Below the pieces are notes generated by a model. That model did not search any database. It was not told the origin of the DNA and saw only the letters and a program-made list of their open reading frames with translations. The position numbers and the translations under genes were made by a program. Shown here piece by piece: positions 12,312 to 25,945 of a stretch of DNA of 64,000 nucleotides (the first letter of the stretch is position 1; every line of letters begins with the position of its first letter). The DNA is from Octopus sinensis (Eukaryota): NCBI RefSeq assembly GCF_006345805.1, contig NC_043013.1, positions 10,044,001-10,108,000 of the forward strand. Reading direction: 5' to 3'.

Positions 12312-12675
12312 AAGGAGGAAAGCGAAAGAATAGACAAATACAACCCTCTTAAGTACGAAATAGCACGGCTATAGGAAATGAAGATGAAGATAATGCCTAT
12401 TATTGTTGGGTTGTTGGGAACAGTATCAGAAGACATCAAGAGGAATATAAAGGAAATCGGAATAGAGTGCCCTGTAAAACGGTTACAAAATGTTTGCCTT
12501 CTGGGCACAGTCAGAATAATCAGGCAAGTATTAGATAGTTCAAAAAAATAAATAGCATTTTACTGTAGGCTGCAAGCAGCAAGCTTGCTACATGCAAGTC
12601 TCCAGGAGTCCCAACAAAACCAAACAAGCATGCAAGAATCCAGGAGTTCCAACAAAATTTCTTATAAAAAGAAAA
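12312..12675 (+). mobile_element. R4/Dong-like non-LTR retrotransposon 3' fragment
   Basis: KEESERIDKYNPLKYEIARL*EMKMKIMPIIVGLLGTVS..RLQNVCLLGTVRIIRQVLDS is an RLE-domain C-terminus; followed by UTR and (TAA)n. Confidence 0.8.
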
Positions 12676-12832
12676 ATAATAATAATCATGATAATCCTTT
12701 TTACCATAGACACAAGGCCTGGAATTTGTGGGGAGGGGACTAATCGATTAAATCAACCCCCAGTACTTTAATGGTACTTAATTTATCCACCCCGAAAGGA
12801 ACCTCGGCAGAATAATAATAATTATAATAATG

Positions 12833-12884
<52 letters not shown>

Positions 12885-13647
12885 ATAAATAAATAAAGAA
12901 CAATCTTCTAATTCGATAATCATGGAGCGACACAATGTCCTTGATAGCGGATAAAGCGAGTGCCTATGATCTATGAAGTCTAGCATGCAAAATATTTAAC
13001 CAACATCGCTCTTCTAAGTCAGCCACTGTGCTGATGTTGAAGAAGAAAAGAAAGGGGGAAAAAAAATGAGGAGAAATTTCCTAATTCGATAATAAATTCT
13101 CGGCAAAGAAACGATAAATTGCATCAACGAATTACTCTGTGTTACATAGAACAATGGTAGATATGGAATTTACGAGCTACTGCTTTCACTTTCAACAAAG
13201 TCTAGGGAATGCATTGCTAGAGTTGTTAGCAGTGTTGGCTGTGTGCCGAGCATAGCACGCAGCATGTAATAAATAAACAGTGGCTGATTTGTGCCAGAAG
13301 CATGTATTCTTAAATGATGTTTAAACCACGAGGTAAGTTGTGCATTGATCCTAAGCAAAAGAACAATGGGTGTTCTGGGATATTTGCTCTCTACTTAATA
13401 TTTTTTTAATTGTTTTTTTTTTTTTTTTGGCTTTTTACTTTCTGAACGAAGATCTTTATTTATTTATTTATTTATTTATTCATTTATTTATTTATTCGTT
13501 ATGTGCCGAATTAAAATGTAGGCAAACGTATACATACAGGCAAGTATTATATATTATATTTATCTCTCTCTCCAATTTAGATTTATCGCTTAAAGTAAAT
13601 TAAATTTTATTATTACTATTTTGATTTTTAAGAAGAGAATTATCATA

Positions 13648-14050
13648 AAGGCGGTGCTCCAGCATGACCACAGTCAAATGACTGAAACAAGTAAAAGAGT
13701 AAAAGAGTATATATTTCTGGGTTCAGTCCCACTGCGTGGCATTTTGGGCAAGTGTCGTCTACTGTAGCCTCGGGTCGACCAAAGCTTTGTGAGTGGATTT
13801 GTCAGACGGAAATTGAAGGAAGCCCATCATTTATAGGTATATACATATCTGTGTATGTGTGTTTGTCTCCACCGCTTGACAACCGTTGCTAGTGTATTTG
13901 CGTTTGAATCGGTGAATCAGTGAAAGAGGCCAATAGAATAAGTACCAGACTTTTAAAAGATAAGTCGATTCGTTCGACTAAAAATTCTTCAAGGTGGTGC
14001 CCCAGCATGACCGCAGTCTAATGACTGAAACAAATAAAAGATAAAAGACA
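13648..14050 (+). mobile_element. SINE family A: 3' tail plus 5'-truncated copy
   Basis: ggttcagtcccactgcgtggc...tgactgaaacaa. Confidence 0.8.
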
Positions 14051-15431
14051 AAATGTTACATTTTTCTGTAAGTTTTATGTCCATGCTATTTAAGCCAGTC
14101 TTTTTTAACATAAACTAATCCTGGTTTTTAGATGTAATCTGTTTGTTAACACCACTTGGTCCTTGAGTTCTTTTAGTGAAATCCACTAAATTTTCAAATA
14201 TTTGAAACCTGTCCTCGTTTCGAGAATAACTCGAGATTTTGATCTACAGAAGCAACACATCATTCGTTGTTTCATCTTCACTCCATATCCTCTCAATTTG
14301 AGACTGCTGAAAAAGATGAAAGTGTTCGTAGTCTATTCTCTTGATCGATTGATCAAAAACCAACAGCAAAATATTTTACTGATCAAATAGCTAGTTTAAC
14401 TAGTGATCGTTCATTTGAAACCCTATGTGAGTTCAAACGTTCGCTAGTTCACTCTTTGTTAAAGGATTTACTGTACGTTAACACAATGTTCTTAATTTGG
14501 TAAATAAATTAGAAATTGCATGTTAAAAAGTTAATGAAAGAATTTGCTCATTTAGACACCTGTTACTTTTATGCTACACAGCGATAAGAGCATGCAATAC
14601 GCAAGTAAAATAAGACAAAATACTGACATTTATATTCATATCAAGGTTATCTTATAATATTGAGACCACGTCACAAAATGGGAGGTAGAATTGCTTATCG
14701 TAATGAAAAACAAAGCATCAGATTCGTTGCTTTCATATCCAAATGCACTGAGTCTAGAGGAAGAGATAATGCTTATCACCTTCGCTTGTCCTCCAAAGCC
14801 GGTTGAGGCTTTTGCTTATTAATACCCTTCTTGAATCAACATTTCTTGGAAAGACATTAGCTTAGAATGAATTTCAGAAGCATGATACTTTGGGTAGGAA
14901 AAATTGCTTACAGGGATTAGTAGGGCATCTGAAAATGTTGGACACAAAAATAGCTGAGAGGAGGAGAAAACGAGCAGGCTGGCAATATATGAGAAGAGGT
15001 CGTGCAAAACCAGTGAGATTCGAATTGCGGAGGCGATTATAGTAATTGATACGACATGCAAAGAGATATAAGACAGCGTGATGTGAGCTAGGCGTTGAGA
15101 GGTCTTTGTGAATTTTGCTATTGTATTAAAGCACCCAAATGTTCATTATGTTATTTTGAGTTTGGCAATGATAAAAAGTTATGCCTCTTAAATAACCTAT
15201 ACCTAGATTTAGAAGCTGGTCCTAAAATTACTGAGATTTTTTAGACAGTCAATAATATGTTCCATATTAAAGGATTTCCCCCAAATTAAAGATAACCAAA
15301 TATGACAGTTACCCAACGATCAGTTTATATTGGTAGATAATTGTCATAAGTACTACAAAAACTTGACAGAGAGATTTAGTTCCGTTTTCCTGTTGATACT
15401 ATTTTCACTTATATTACCTTGCTATATATAT

Positions 15432-17560
15432 ATGTTGCAATATTCCTGATGTGAAACCGTGCGTTGAAACAGATATTGTTGTATTTTGGGACGGTCATTT
15501 AATTTGGCCAAATAAACACACGCACTATATATTCGTTCTTCACTCGTTTATTACTCTTCTTGCTCTAACTCATGTGAATTGCCCGGAAATCTTTGATCAC
15601 ACATCTGTGACCTCTTCAGTGACACTTTCCGTCTTCGCGTATGCTCTTACTCCCCTCATTTCATTCGGTTATTCTATGACGTTATCCTTTTATGCGCATG
15701 CGCCTGTATTTGTGGACGTGTGTGCATGTGTACATGTGTGTATGTGTGTGTGTATGAGTGTGTGTGTGTCATTGTTCTTAGTAAGACTATGACACTCCCC
15801 TCGGCCCCGTCCCCTCCCCGTTGCTGCTGATGCTGCTGCCCTAGAACCTGGCTTTTGGTACCGTTCCTGTGTGTTCCTGTGTTTGTGTGTTCGCGCACGC
15901 TGCTGTCATCATGTTGTTTATGCCACTGTTGTTACCACTGCTGCTGTTGTCGATGTTGGTCGTGTTGTTGATATTGTTACGGCCGTCTGTGAAGTTACTG
16001 TGTGTGTGTTCGTGTATGTATATAGGTTTGCTTTCTATGTTGTTAGTATCCGTGCCCTTCGTACAGTCTTTTTTATATAGTAATGATACGACATAGTAAT
16101 GTCGTATCATTACTATATTTCTTAGATTTATCATAGGTATGTGCATATTTTTCTATTGTGTGTGTATTACGCTGTTTGTATCTGTGTTTTTTCTCTCTTC
16201 TTTCTTTAGCCGTCATGTTGTGTGGTGGGTGTTATTGCTCCATTCGTGTATTCTGTTGAGGCTCGGTCTGTCTATTGTTATATGTGTAGCTTCTGTGATC
16301 TAAGTGTCGTGTCGTTCCTATACGTTGATAATATTTTACCCTCTATGCTATTAACCAAGCCTCTATATTCTACTTGAGCATGTTGGTAGAACAGTGTCAA
16401 GCCTTTCTCTTCTTTGAGTTCTCGCCAGTATTAACCTATGTGTCACATGCGGGACACATTCCTCATCACTCTCCCCCACGCTGCGTGCTGTCTGTCCAAT
16501 GTAAGTAGTTCTCATGTTTCTGCACCGTCCCTCAGTACATCGTAAGCTATACACCGTATACCTAAACTTACAGTTAACCTGTGGATTCATCCTACATACT
16601 ATACAATTGTTCTCCGTACATGGGGACATATCGAAGAGTTACATTCTACAGATGAGGGATTTTATGGTGGAACCAGGCCCTTTTACTACTTTAATCCGTA
16701 GATTAGCCTTATCTAATGTTTTTTTCTAAAAAGGTATGCTAGTTCACTGCCAGGGGTAGCATCAACAAATATGACACTCAGGTATTCTTTGTTGTCATAC
16801 CATGACTTGTCCATATCTATCTTTTTTCTGGTCCTTTCTGTACTGTTCCAAGATTTACTACTGTAAAGCGGGCAAATCCCCTTTGCATCACTCTCTATGA
16901 TGACTTTGTACTTAGCCCTTGATCCTTTGTATAATCTAATCCTGGCCCTTTATTTGTAGCCAGAGAACTGCGTGTGGTGGATGAACTGTTGTATTTATCT
17001 TTTCAATTCTATAGAGTCGCACATGAGGGACACATTCCTCATCACTCTCACCAAGTCTGCAATAAGAATATTGAACTTGGCGTTGTTCGCACTAGCGGTG
17101 TTCTTGTGGACAAGGTATATAGAGTCCATGTGTTTGGCATATTGGGAGTGAAGGATCTGGACCTTACTCTTCTTGGTTTCCAGCCAGAGTTCCGTGTTTA
17201 AAACTGGTAGCATATAGTTCGGGTGCTTGTTAGGGTAGTCTATCGTTACTTTAATACTCTGGTGGATGGAATTAGCTATTTTCTGGTTGCTCTCCATAGT
17301 GTTAGCTTCTAGATCACCAACATTGTTTTGTAACGCTGCTTTGGCCACTATATTGACATCATCCACATAGCGGGAGTACATGGTTAGGGTTATGAAGTTG
17401 TTTACTAATTACTCCTCGAGTTTCCTATCCCACCATACCATAAATAGGTTAGCCACACTGCCAGCAATAATGACACCGATAGCTGCACCTTCCTCTTGGG
17501 CATATATCTTGCTATTAAACTTAAACATGAAGCTCTTGAGTGTGATTTTGGTACTCGCAC
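15432..17560 (-). mobile_element. decayed Penelope-like element with RT, Cys-rich linker and C-terminal GIY-YIG (Neptune-like architecture), 3' UTR and pLTR
   Basis: IYAQEEGAAIG..ANLFM, YSRYVDD, LPVLNTELW, FSGY, CIVC..VYSLRC..YIGQTARS; several stops and frameshifts; coding remnant about 16360-17560. Confidence 0.85.
15581..15625 (-). ncRNA. decayed hammerhead-like motif in pLTR
   Basis: Minus gtgtca-CTGAAGA-ggtcaca gatg tgtgatc-AAAG-atttc; G of the GAAA box missing; homologous to the motifs at 48.5-48.7 kb. Confidence 0.35.
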
Positions 17561-18062
17561 TCACATGCAGAAAATAAATCCTAATGATCATAATATAGGG
17601 GAGGTATATTTAATAGGGGATCCATAGATAGTAGCTAATCAACTAAAGACCTTGATTCTTGTGGGAATTGCAATGATTATTGTGGCAGGTGTAAAATATG
17701 AAACCTTCCGCGGGCGAAGATTAATTCAGTCCTCGCTAACCCAATCAGGCGAAGCGTATAGACAAAGAGGTGAACCGCTTGTGAATCTGAGATACCTGCT
17801 GATGATACGGAAGGGCTTACAACATTGCGATGAATTCATAAGAAAATCTTACCATACGTCTTCTTAGCTCCAGTAGCTTCTACATGGTGCAGAGTATCTC
17901 TGAAATTTATTTCAACTTATATTATATTAATATTTAAAAAAATGGACAAATACAAATACAAAACTTACAAACATCTAAATACATTGAAAAAATCCTAAAA
18001 ATTATCTATATTTCAGTCTATATTATGTATAATATAATTTATTCAAGTGTATAATATTCATT

Positions 18063-18605
18063 TTTACTCTAGGCACAAGGCCCGAAATCTTGGGGAGGGA
18101 ACTAGTCAATTAGATCGACCCACTACACAACTGGTACTTAATTTATCGACCCCGAAAGGATGAAAGGCAAAGTCGACCTCAGTGGAATTTGAACGTAAAG
18201 AAAGACGAAATACCTATTTCTTTACAACTCAGAAGGAGCTAAACACAGAGAGAACAAACAAGGTCACACAAACGGATTAAGTCGATTATATCGACCCCAG
18301 TGCGTAGCTGGTACTTATTTAATCGACCCCGAAAGGATGAAAAGCAAAGTCGACCTCGGCGGAATTTGAACTCAGAATGTAGCGGCAGACGAAATACATA
18401 TTTCTTTACTACCCACAAGGGGCTAAACATAGAGAGGACAAACAAGGACAGACAAACGGATTAAATCGATTACATCGACCCCAGTGCGTAACTGGTACTT
18501 AATCTATCGACCTCGGCGGAATTTGAACTCAGAATGCAACGGCCGACGAAATACGTCTACGCATTTCGCCCGGCGTGCTAACGTTTCTGACAGCTTGCTG
18601 CCTTC
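18063..18605 (-). mobile_element. SINE family B with internal tandem ~180-bp units
   Basis: One tRNA-like head (about 18560-18605) followed by three body copies joined at gtatttcgtc. Confidence 0.85.
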
Positions 18606-19610
18606 GCTCAAGGGTGTAATATTATCTAATATATTTACTTCAAAAATTCTATAAGTTATAGAAACATAATTTAATTTAAAAGTCATGGTAACTGTTCATT
18701 TTCCCAATGTATAAAAAGCCTTAATTATTTCAATCTCAATCTAAAATTTTCCGAATTCACACTACTGGCTGTGTTCAACTTTAGCCTTTTGTAGCAGTAA
18801 GAGGCAGAGCGATGACTGAGTCTTGCTTATGACATTGGTCTGTTGCATGGATTTTCCACAGGGGATAGAATTGGACTCGTGATATGAGATATCAATACGG
18901 GAACACTTAGAGTACTGACTTATACCAAAGACGAAATTCTGGATGATGGAGTCCTTGAAGTATTATGTCTAAAAAGTAAAAAAAAAAGTGGGGAAATGTG
19001 GTTGTTAACATTGGAACACCCTTGATCATAATATCTACTCGTTCGAAGCTGAACTGGCTTTGAACGACGACTTCTATTTAAAGCAGGCATAGGTAATATC
19101 TTTCTTGAAGCGGGTCTCATGAGACATGACTCATTATCAGGCGAGCAGCGCTACTAAAAATTCTAGGTAATTTTTCGTTAGTCATCCTATTTAGAAAATC
19201 TAGAAGGTAGCAATTTGCTCCTGACACTTTTACAGATTGAAGATAAATAAAAGCTGACTATGATGCTTGAATAATAAATGACTTTGCGCTGAACATAACA
19301 GGTGTGAACCGAAGGTATCCAAATTGGTAGACCTACTACTATTAAATTCATCATTTATGGCTATTCCAGTTGCTTCACCTTGGAGCTAGGAGGAAAAGAA
19401 TTTTGAATACACAATTAAAAATGAAATCCCATAGCCATATTCTCTGATATTCTATATCTGCGAATTTTATCATAATTAATGACTACAGAATACAGTCAAA
19501 TTTATATACATACATACATGTATATATGTAGTATAATATATATATATATGTGTGTGTGTATGTGTGTGTGTGTGTGTGTGTTACATATATATATAGGTAT
19601 AATATATATA

Positions 19611-20227
19611 TAAATAGAAATATTGTTGTTCCTAAATCTCTCAATGAGAGATATTCGATAGCACCACTTTAAAGTAACGATTATTTGCTAACATAAAGTG
19701 GCAGTCCCGTTTAGGGCGAATGCAACTGTTGTTTAGTCCCAGGAGACATCGTCTCAAGCTGGCTATACGGCACACGATCAGTATCCATATATTTCCGAAC
19801 GGGGGATGTTAGCATCTCCACCTAGCACAAAAACACTATATGTGGACTGTATGGTTTCAGGATTATTTCCCTTCGTTGGCACAGAATAACCCTTTAGCTG
19901 AGATGACGCTGCTAAACACCAGTTCAAAAATATATATAATTTGATAAGTGACTCGCCGTTACTGACCTAATAAATAGAAACATTGTTGTTCCTAAATGTC
20001 TCAACGAGAACATTCAGTAGCAGTACTTTCAAGTAATGATTATTTGAAAAACTAAACTGGAAATATATATAATTTTTTAAGTGACTCACAGTCACAGATC
20101 TAACAAATAGAAACATTGTTGTTCCAACGAAAGGAAATAAGCCTGAAACCGTACGGTCCACAGATATAGGGACCCAGGTCGCGGGTCGTACAGCCAGCTA
20201 GAGACGATTACTCCTGGAGCTAAACAA
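19611..20227. repeat. rearranged repeat cluster (direct and inverted partial copies), PLE-pLTR-like
   Basis: 19611-19687 repeated at 19971-20046; 19728-19882 present inverted, with a deletion, at 20121-20227. Confidence 0.7.
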
Positions 20228-20229
20228 AA

Positions 20230-20445
20230 GAACTCAGAACGTAGCGGCAGACAAAATACCTATTTCTTTACTACCCACAAGGGGCTAAACACAAAGGGGA
20301 TGAACAAGGACAGACAAACGGATTAAGTCGATTACATCGACCCCAGTGCGTAACTGGTACTTATTTAATCGACCCCGAAAGAATGAAAGGCAAAGTCGAC
20401 CTCGGCGGAATTTGAACTCAGAACGGAACGCCAGACGAAATACGG
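20230..20445 (-). mobile_element. SINE family B body unit plus start of a second unit
   Basis: Same sequence and junction as the 18.2-18.4 kb units. Confidence 0.8.
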
Positions 20446-20464
20446 CGGCGGCAGCAGCAGCAGC

Positions 20465-20502
20465 AGTATTATTATTATTATTATGATTATTATTATTATT
20501 AC

Positions 20503-20585
<83 letters not shown>
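20465..20585. repeat. (ATT)n/(AGT)n microsatellite
   Basis: Directly visible. Confidence 0.95.
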
Positions 20586-20938
20586 ACAGGGTCATATATA
20601 AGGATTTGAAACGGAGATTTTAAAAGACTGTAGTCAGTGAAAGTAAGCGTCATACCTGTGGTTGCTGTAACCTCAGGAACTATAAATACCCACCGTTCAC
20701 AAAAAGGGTTGAAAAAAAGGGAGTACGTGCGAAAATGACGCATCTATAGGAACCACGTTGTTTGGAGCTACACAAATCTTCCGCAGAATTCTCGAAATCT
20801 TGAGTTTAGCGTTGTATCTTAGTCCACTGGCAGTGGACAGCTAACACTTGGGCACATTCCCTAGCGAATTTTCCGTGTTAATCAACAATAGCAACATGAA
20901 CAACAATAACAATAATTATGATGTTGATGATGATGATA

Positions 20939-20993
<55 letters not shown>

Positions 20994-21889
20994 CGACGAC
21001 TATGCTAACGACGACGAGGTTTATACTCTAGATTCATTGTTAAAGGAAATAGAATGCATCCAAGATAATGAAGTTTTATTGTCCTCACTGTGGGCTCGTT
21101 TTAGAGTTGCTGTCGTAGCAGCATGTTTACCACCCACTAACGTAACAAACACTGAAAGTTGTCTAGTGAAGCAAAGCAAGAGAACGAGACAGCAAGATAG
21201 CAAGACAGCAAGACACCTTCCAGAAATTACCATAACCTGATTATTGACTGATGTAAACGTCTATAATTTCGGTTAATTAGTAATTTAAGATGAGAAATAT
21301 GTGGACGGGAAAGGAATTGGAAACATTTCCTGTTGAAATGATCACCGATCGTTTAGTGTGATAATGCTTCGTTATTAGCCTAAAGTAAATGGGTTTGAAT
21401 AATAATTAATTGCATATTTATTATAGGTATTTCATTAATTTGATGAAGCGGGTAGAGGGCCGGGTAAAAATACTTTACTCTATATAAAAGTATATGAATT
21501 CATTTCACCGGGTACACATAACGAACGAAAGTGATTTTCTTCTGTTTTTCTTTCTTTTTTACTTACAAAAACAATACCAGTTAACTATTCAGTGCATACT
21601 GCTAAACTTTTAGGTACAAAATAAAATGAAAATGTCTCATACTTTGTTTTACTTTACCAGAATCTTCGAACATTAGCTATGGCGGCGTTGACTTAACTCA
21701 TCACTCCATTTTACCATTTCCCAAACTGACTCCCAAAGTTACTCTCTCCGAATCATTAATCATATAGATCTTATTGGCTTCTGTCCCTTTAATTTTATAA
21801 AATGTGAGTTGTACCTACTAAAAATAACATACCAAATTAAGTAATTTTACTTAATTTCACAGTTTTTCCATCCCAGGTCCTTTTGCAGC

Positions 21890-22402
21890 ATTAACAATGA
21901 CATCGAAAATGCAGACCCAGTATATGACCCGACTCCTCACTCGACGTGGTTACCCAACCATCCTTATCCAATGCATCACAAGTGTAAAAGCCTTCCTTGT
22001 TCCTACTACTCTATCATCCAGTTCTTACAAGTACAACCCCCGCCTCTTCCGACGCATAAAAGCTGATTATGTCACTACCCGATTCATTCTTCGACCACCC
22101 ATTCATTCCTCTGCAATATTCTCGTCCACATTTTCATCATAAACCCCTCCCTTTCCTGAATCCTTCTCTGCTCCCTTCCAAGCTGCTGAACGTTCTCTTC
22201 CCTCTCTAACACCGGCCTCTTACTAGACCCAATCATGGCACGTTCCACATTAGAAAGTCCTTTCGATGTATTTGCTACAACCTGATATATGCACTCCAGT
22301 TTTCTGTCTAATATGTATATCGGGCTGACCACCGGCTGACAAGTTCGCTGAACACTTCAGAGACATTCAACTTGTCAACGTTTCACCTATCTCTCGCCAT
22401 TG
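21890..22402 (+). pseudogene. old Penelope-like RT-thumb/GIY-YIG remnant
   Basis: TRLLTRRGYPTILI near 21925; MYIGLT..FAEHFRDIQLVNVSPISRH near 22313-22400, across frameshifts. Confidence 0.6.
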
Positions 22403-23386
22403 TCTCTCTCCGAACCATTTAGAAATAATTCTATTTACAGAGGTCTATTCGATTAGATTTGATATGGAGATAAGAAATAAACATAAACAAGTATTTGTAA
22501 AAGGGAACAAAAAAATCATGAACGCAGTTGTTTGATGTTCCAGAAACAGGAGACAAATCTCCCTCCAATCAATAACTGTATTGTTAACGGAAGAGTGGCC
22601 GATGTAATGGCGTAGTTCTAGATGTGGAGTTTGAAAACAAAACATGGTCAATGAATAGAATGTATTTCATCGTAGGTCTGCATCGTACAAAGCTTGATTT
22701 GCTGGTTAAGAAGTAAAAGAAATAAACTTAGCAGAAACGTGACATTTTGACCAACTGTCTTTTATCATTGTCCAGTAAACGAAATCTTGTGAATGAAGAG
22801 ATGGTAACTGCTTGAATGGAAATCCATGAGATAGACTGATCCAGTAACTCAAACGGTACATTCTAGTCACATCTGTATCCCGCTCGTTTTGCATAGTAAT
22901 TGCGTTACCGATACAAGAGTTCCCGGAATACTCAGCAACGAACATACTAGTTCACTCAGACGATATTTTAGCTGGTCAAACCATTGAGTACTCATCATAA
23001 AAACTGATAAACACCATTACTTTTTAAAATTCTAGATCAAAACTTGCCTGGGTGGAAAATTACAATAAAATGACCAACGCTTTTGAACAATAATAGCGAT
23101 GGATACGTCCTCGTGCTGGTGAAAATATATCAAGTGGCGATCTATTGGCGAGTCGAGGAGCAGATACTGAGTGAGTTCCAGTACGAAGCGACATATCCAA
23201 AAAAGCTAAAACTACTGAAAAGAATAAGGGGTAATAGTGTAAACATGTAATTCCTCTCCGCAAGGAATATGAAAATCAATATTTTAGGGTGTTTGCATCC
23301 CCCCTTTCCCTCTCTCCCTTTCTTTTATCCTTTCTTTTCTATTTTCTACTCTTCTTTACCTCTTTGTCCCTCATTTTATCTATCTC

Positions 23387-23429
<43 letters not shown>

Positions 23430-23805
23430 CTATTAAACATTGGGAATGTCTTTACCGTACCATATCTATGTAGCATATCCATGTAAAGTTGGTATCAGGT
23501 TTAAGACAGACGGCGTAAAATATAAAATATAAAATATAAAACAAAATAGAAACAAAAAACAAACAAGCAAAAGAAATGTGGACCAAAACAATTTAAAAGT
23601 AAACAAAAATATTGCCCCCACTCTCTCTCTCTCTCTCTCTCTCACACAGGAAAAAATCTACATATAAACAAAAAAAAGGCGGGGAAAAATAGAAACCTCA
23701 GAAATCTAGAATTTAGTCTTTATTGGAATGTATCAGCAAAAATTTCTGTATAGCTTCTGTTTAAAATCGCTATCTTCGCATACATACACACATACGCAAA
23801 AATAT

Positions 23806-23845
<40 letters not shown>

Positions 23846-24009
23846 ACACATATATATATATATATACATACATTTATATATATATATACATATATATACA
23901 CACACACATATTTATATATATTATTGTTGTCGACTTCTTTTTGTATTTAATATAAATGGTTATCATTTTTGACCACTGTCGTAAAAATACGTTGAAATAA
24001 TAACAAGCA

Positions 24010-24193
24010 TGACAACAACAACGATAATAAAGATGGTGATAAGGTTGATGACAATAATGATAACAATAATAATAATAATAATAATAATATAATAATAATA
24101 ATGATGATAATAATAATAATAACAACAATAATAATAATAATGATATTAGTAATAACAACAACAACGACGACGACGATGATGATGATGATGATG

Positions 24194-24238
<45 letters not shown>

Positions 24239-24397
24239 GTAATAATAAATAATAAGAGAGACGTTTATGGCTCTTTTTGGAGACATCCTTTTCCTTCTTG
24301 TAAATATATTCTGTCCTAGATCTGACTCAATAAGACAGCTGCAGTAGAAGTGACTTTTATGCGTTTCCATGACTCACGATTCTTATGGTTCCTTCAT

Positions 24398-24466
<69 letters not shown>

Positions 24467-24628
24467 ACACACACATACACACACACACTCACACACATAC
24501 ACAAGCACATAACCAAACACAGAGGTACAGTCACGCAAACGCACACATGTATACACCACATGCACCAAACAGAACACATGTACACATACACACGCATGCA
24601 CGCACGCACATAGATGCACCAAACAGCG

Positions 24629-24667
<39 letters not shown>

Positions 24668-24838
24668 GTTTGTACACATGTAATAGCATGCACTAAACGT
24701 AACATACATACATACACGCACATGCTCCAAATATGACGCACAAATCGGCAAAAACACTCGCGCATAAGCACACACACACACATATACTCTCACATATATA
24801 TTTACACACGCATGCACGTACGCACGCACGTGCACACA

Positions 24839-24887
<49 letters not shown>

Positions 24888-24890
24888 TTG
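24010..24890. repeat. (AAT)n/(GAT)n and (CA)n microsatellite blocks
   Basis: Directly visible. Confidence 0.9.
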
Positions 24891-25035
24891 CTATATCCTA
24901 CTGACAGGCGTTGCATATTGGTCCATCATCATTACAGAAGATGGATTTTATGGGTGAGAAACAAAAATAGAATTGAAAAAGTAAGTTAAAAAGAAATACT
25001 ATGCGAAAAAGATTTGTCGTTGTGGCGCTGTTACT

Positions 25036-25041
25036 GATAGA

Positions 25042-25086
<45 letters not shown>

Positions 25087-25648
25087 GATGATAATTATGA
25101 CAAGAATGATGATGGTGATGATGATGATGATGATGATGATGATTATGACAAAGATGATGATGGTGATGATGAGGATGATGATGATGATGATGATGATGAT
25201 AATGATGATGATGATCATCATCATGTTGATGATGATGATGATTATGATGATGATTATAATGATGATTATGATGACGGTAATAATGAAGACGACGAAAAAA
25301 TCGCGGCCGATGATGAAGACGATGACGACTGTGATGACAATTTTGATGATAATGATATTGATTATAAGTGTGATGCTGATGATGATCCTGATGCTGATGG
25401 TGAAGGTGCTGTTGGTGATGAGGGTGACGACGGCGATGATGAGAATGATGATGATGGTGGTAGCAGGTGTGAATGTTGTAGTTGTTGTGGTGTTGAAGAT
25501 AATGATGGTAGCGTCGATGCTACAGAAACTTCTGATGAAGATGACACGATAACAATGATGATGCAGAAGACGATGACGACGCTGATGACGATGATGATGA
25601 TGATGATGTTGACGACGACAACGACGCCGATGATGGTGGTCGTGGAGA

Positions 25649-25680
<32 letters not shown>

Positions 25681-25945
25681 ATGATGATGATGACGATGAT
25701 GATGACGACGACGACGATGGTGGTTGTTATGAAGATGATGATGATGATGATGAGGAGGAGGAGGAGGAGAAGGATGATGGTGATGATGACGACTACGACG
25801 CCGATGACGGTGGTTATGGAGAGGATGATGATGGTGATGATGGTGATGATGATAACTATAATGAACAAGGCGATGGCGATGACGACGATGAGTATAATGC
25901 CGCTGGATCAGCTATTGTTGTTGTTGTTGTTGTAGTTGTTGTTGC
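25036..25945. repeat. long degenerate (GAT)n trinucleotide tract
   Basis: About 900 bp of GAT variants, with a register shift near 25547. Confidence 0.9.

Noticed and set aside
13325-13340. Perfect splice donor gag|gtaagt (also cg|gtgagt on the minus strand near 29890)
   Set aside because: Isolated; no coding exon could be attached, and the 29893-29952 candidate has stops in all three frames
14398-14449. 52-nt imperfect hairpin, pre-miRNA-like
   Set aside because: Short, bulged stem and no recognisable mature miRNA
15441-15480. Opposite-strand hammerhead in the pLTR (ctgatgtg...gaaac; also near 48385), suggesting an ambisense ribozyme pair
   Set aside because: CUGANGA box imperfect in both copies and no stem I can be formed
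22940-22990. ILVHSDDILAGQT resembling an LTR-retrotransposon YxDD motif
   Set aside because: No other RT motifs recognisable nearby
25001-25935. Asp-rich (aspein-like) or Met-rich protein
   Set aside because: Degenerate (GAT)n tract; the Asp frame has no listed start, no signal peptide, and shifts register near 25547; similar tracts occur at 2900 and 20920
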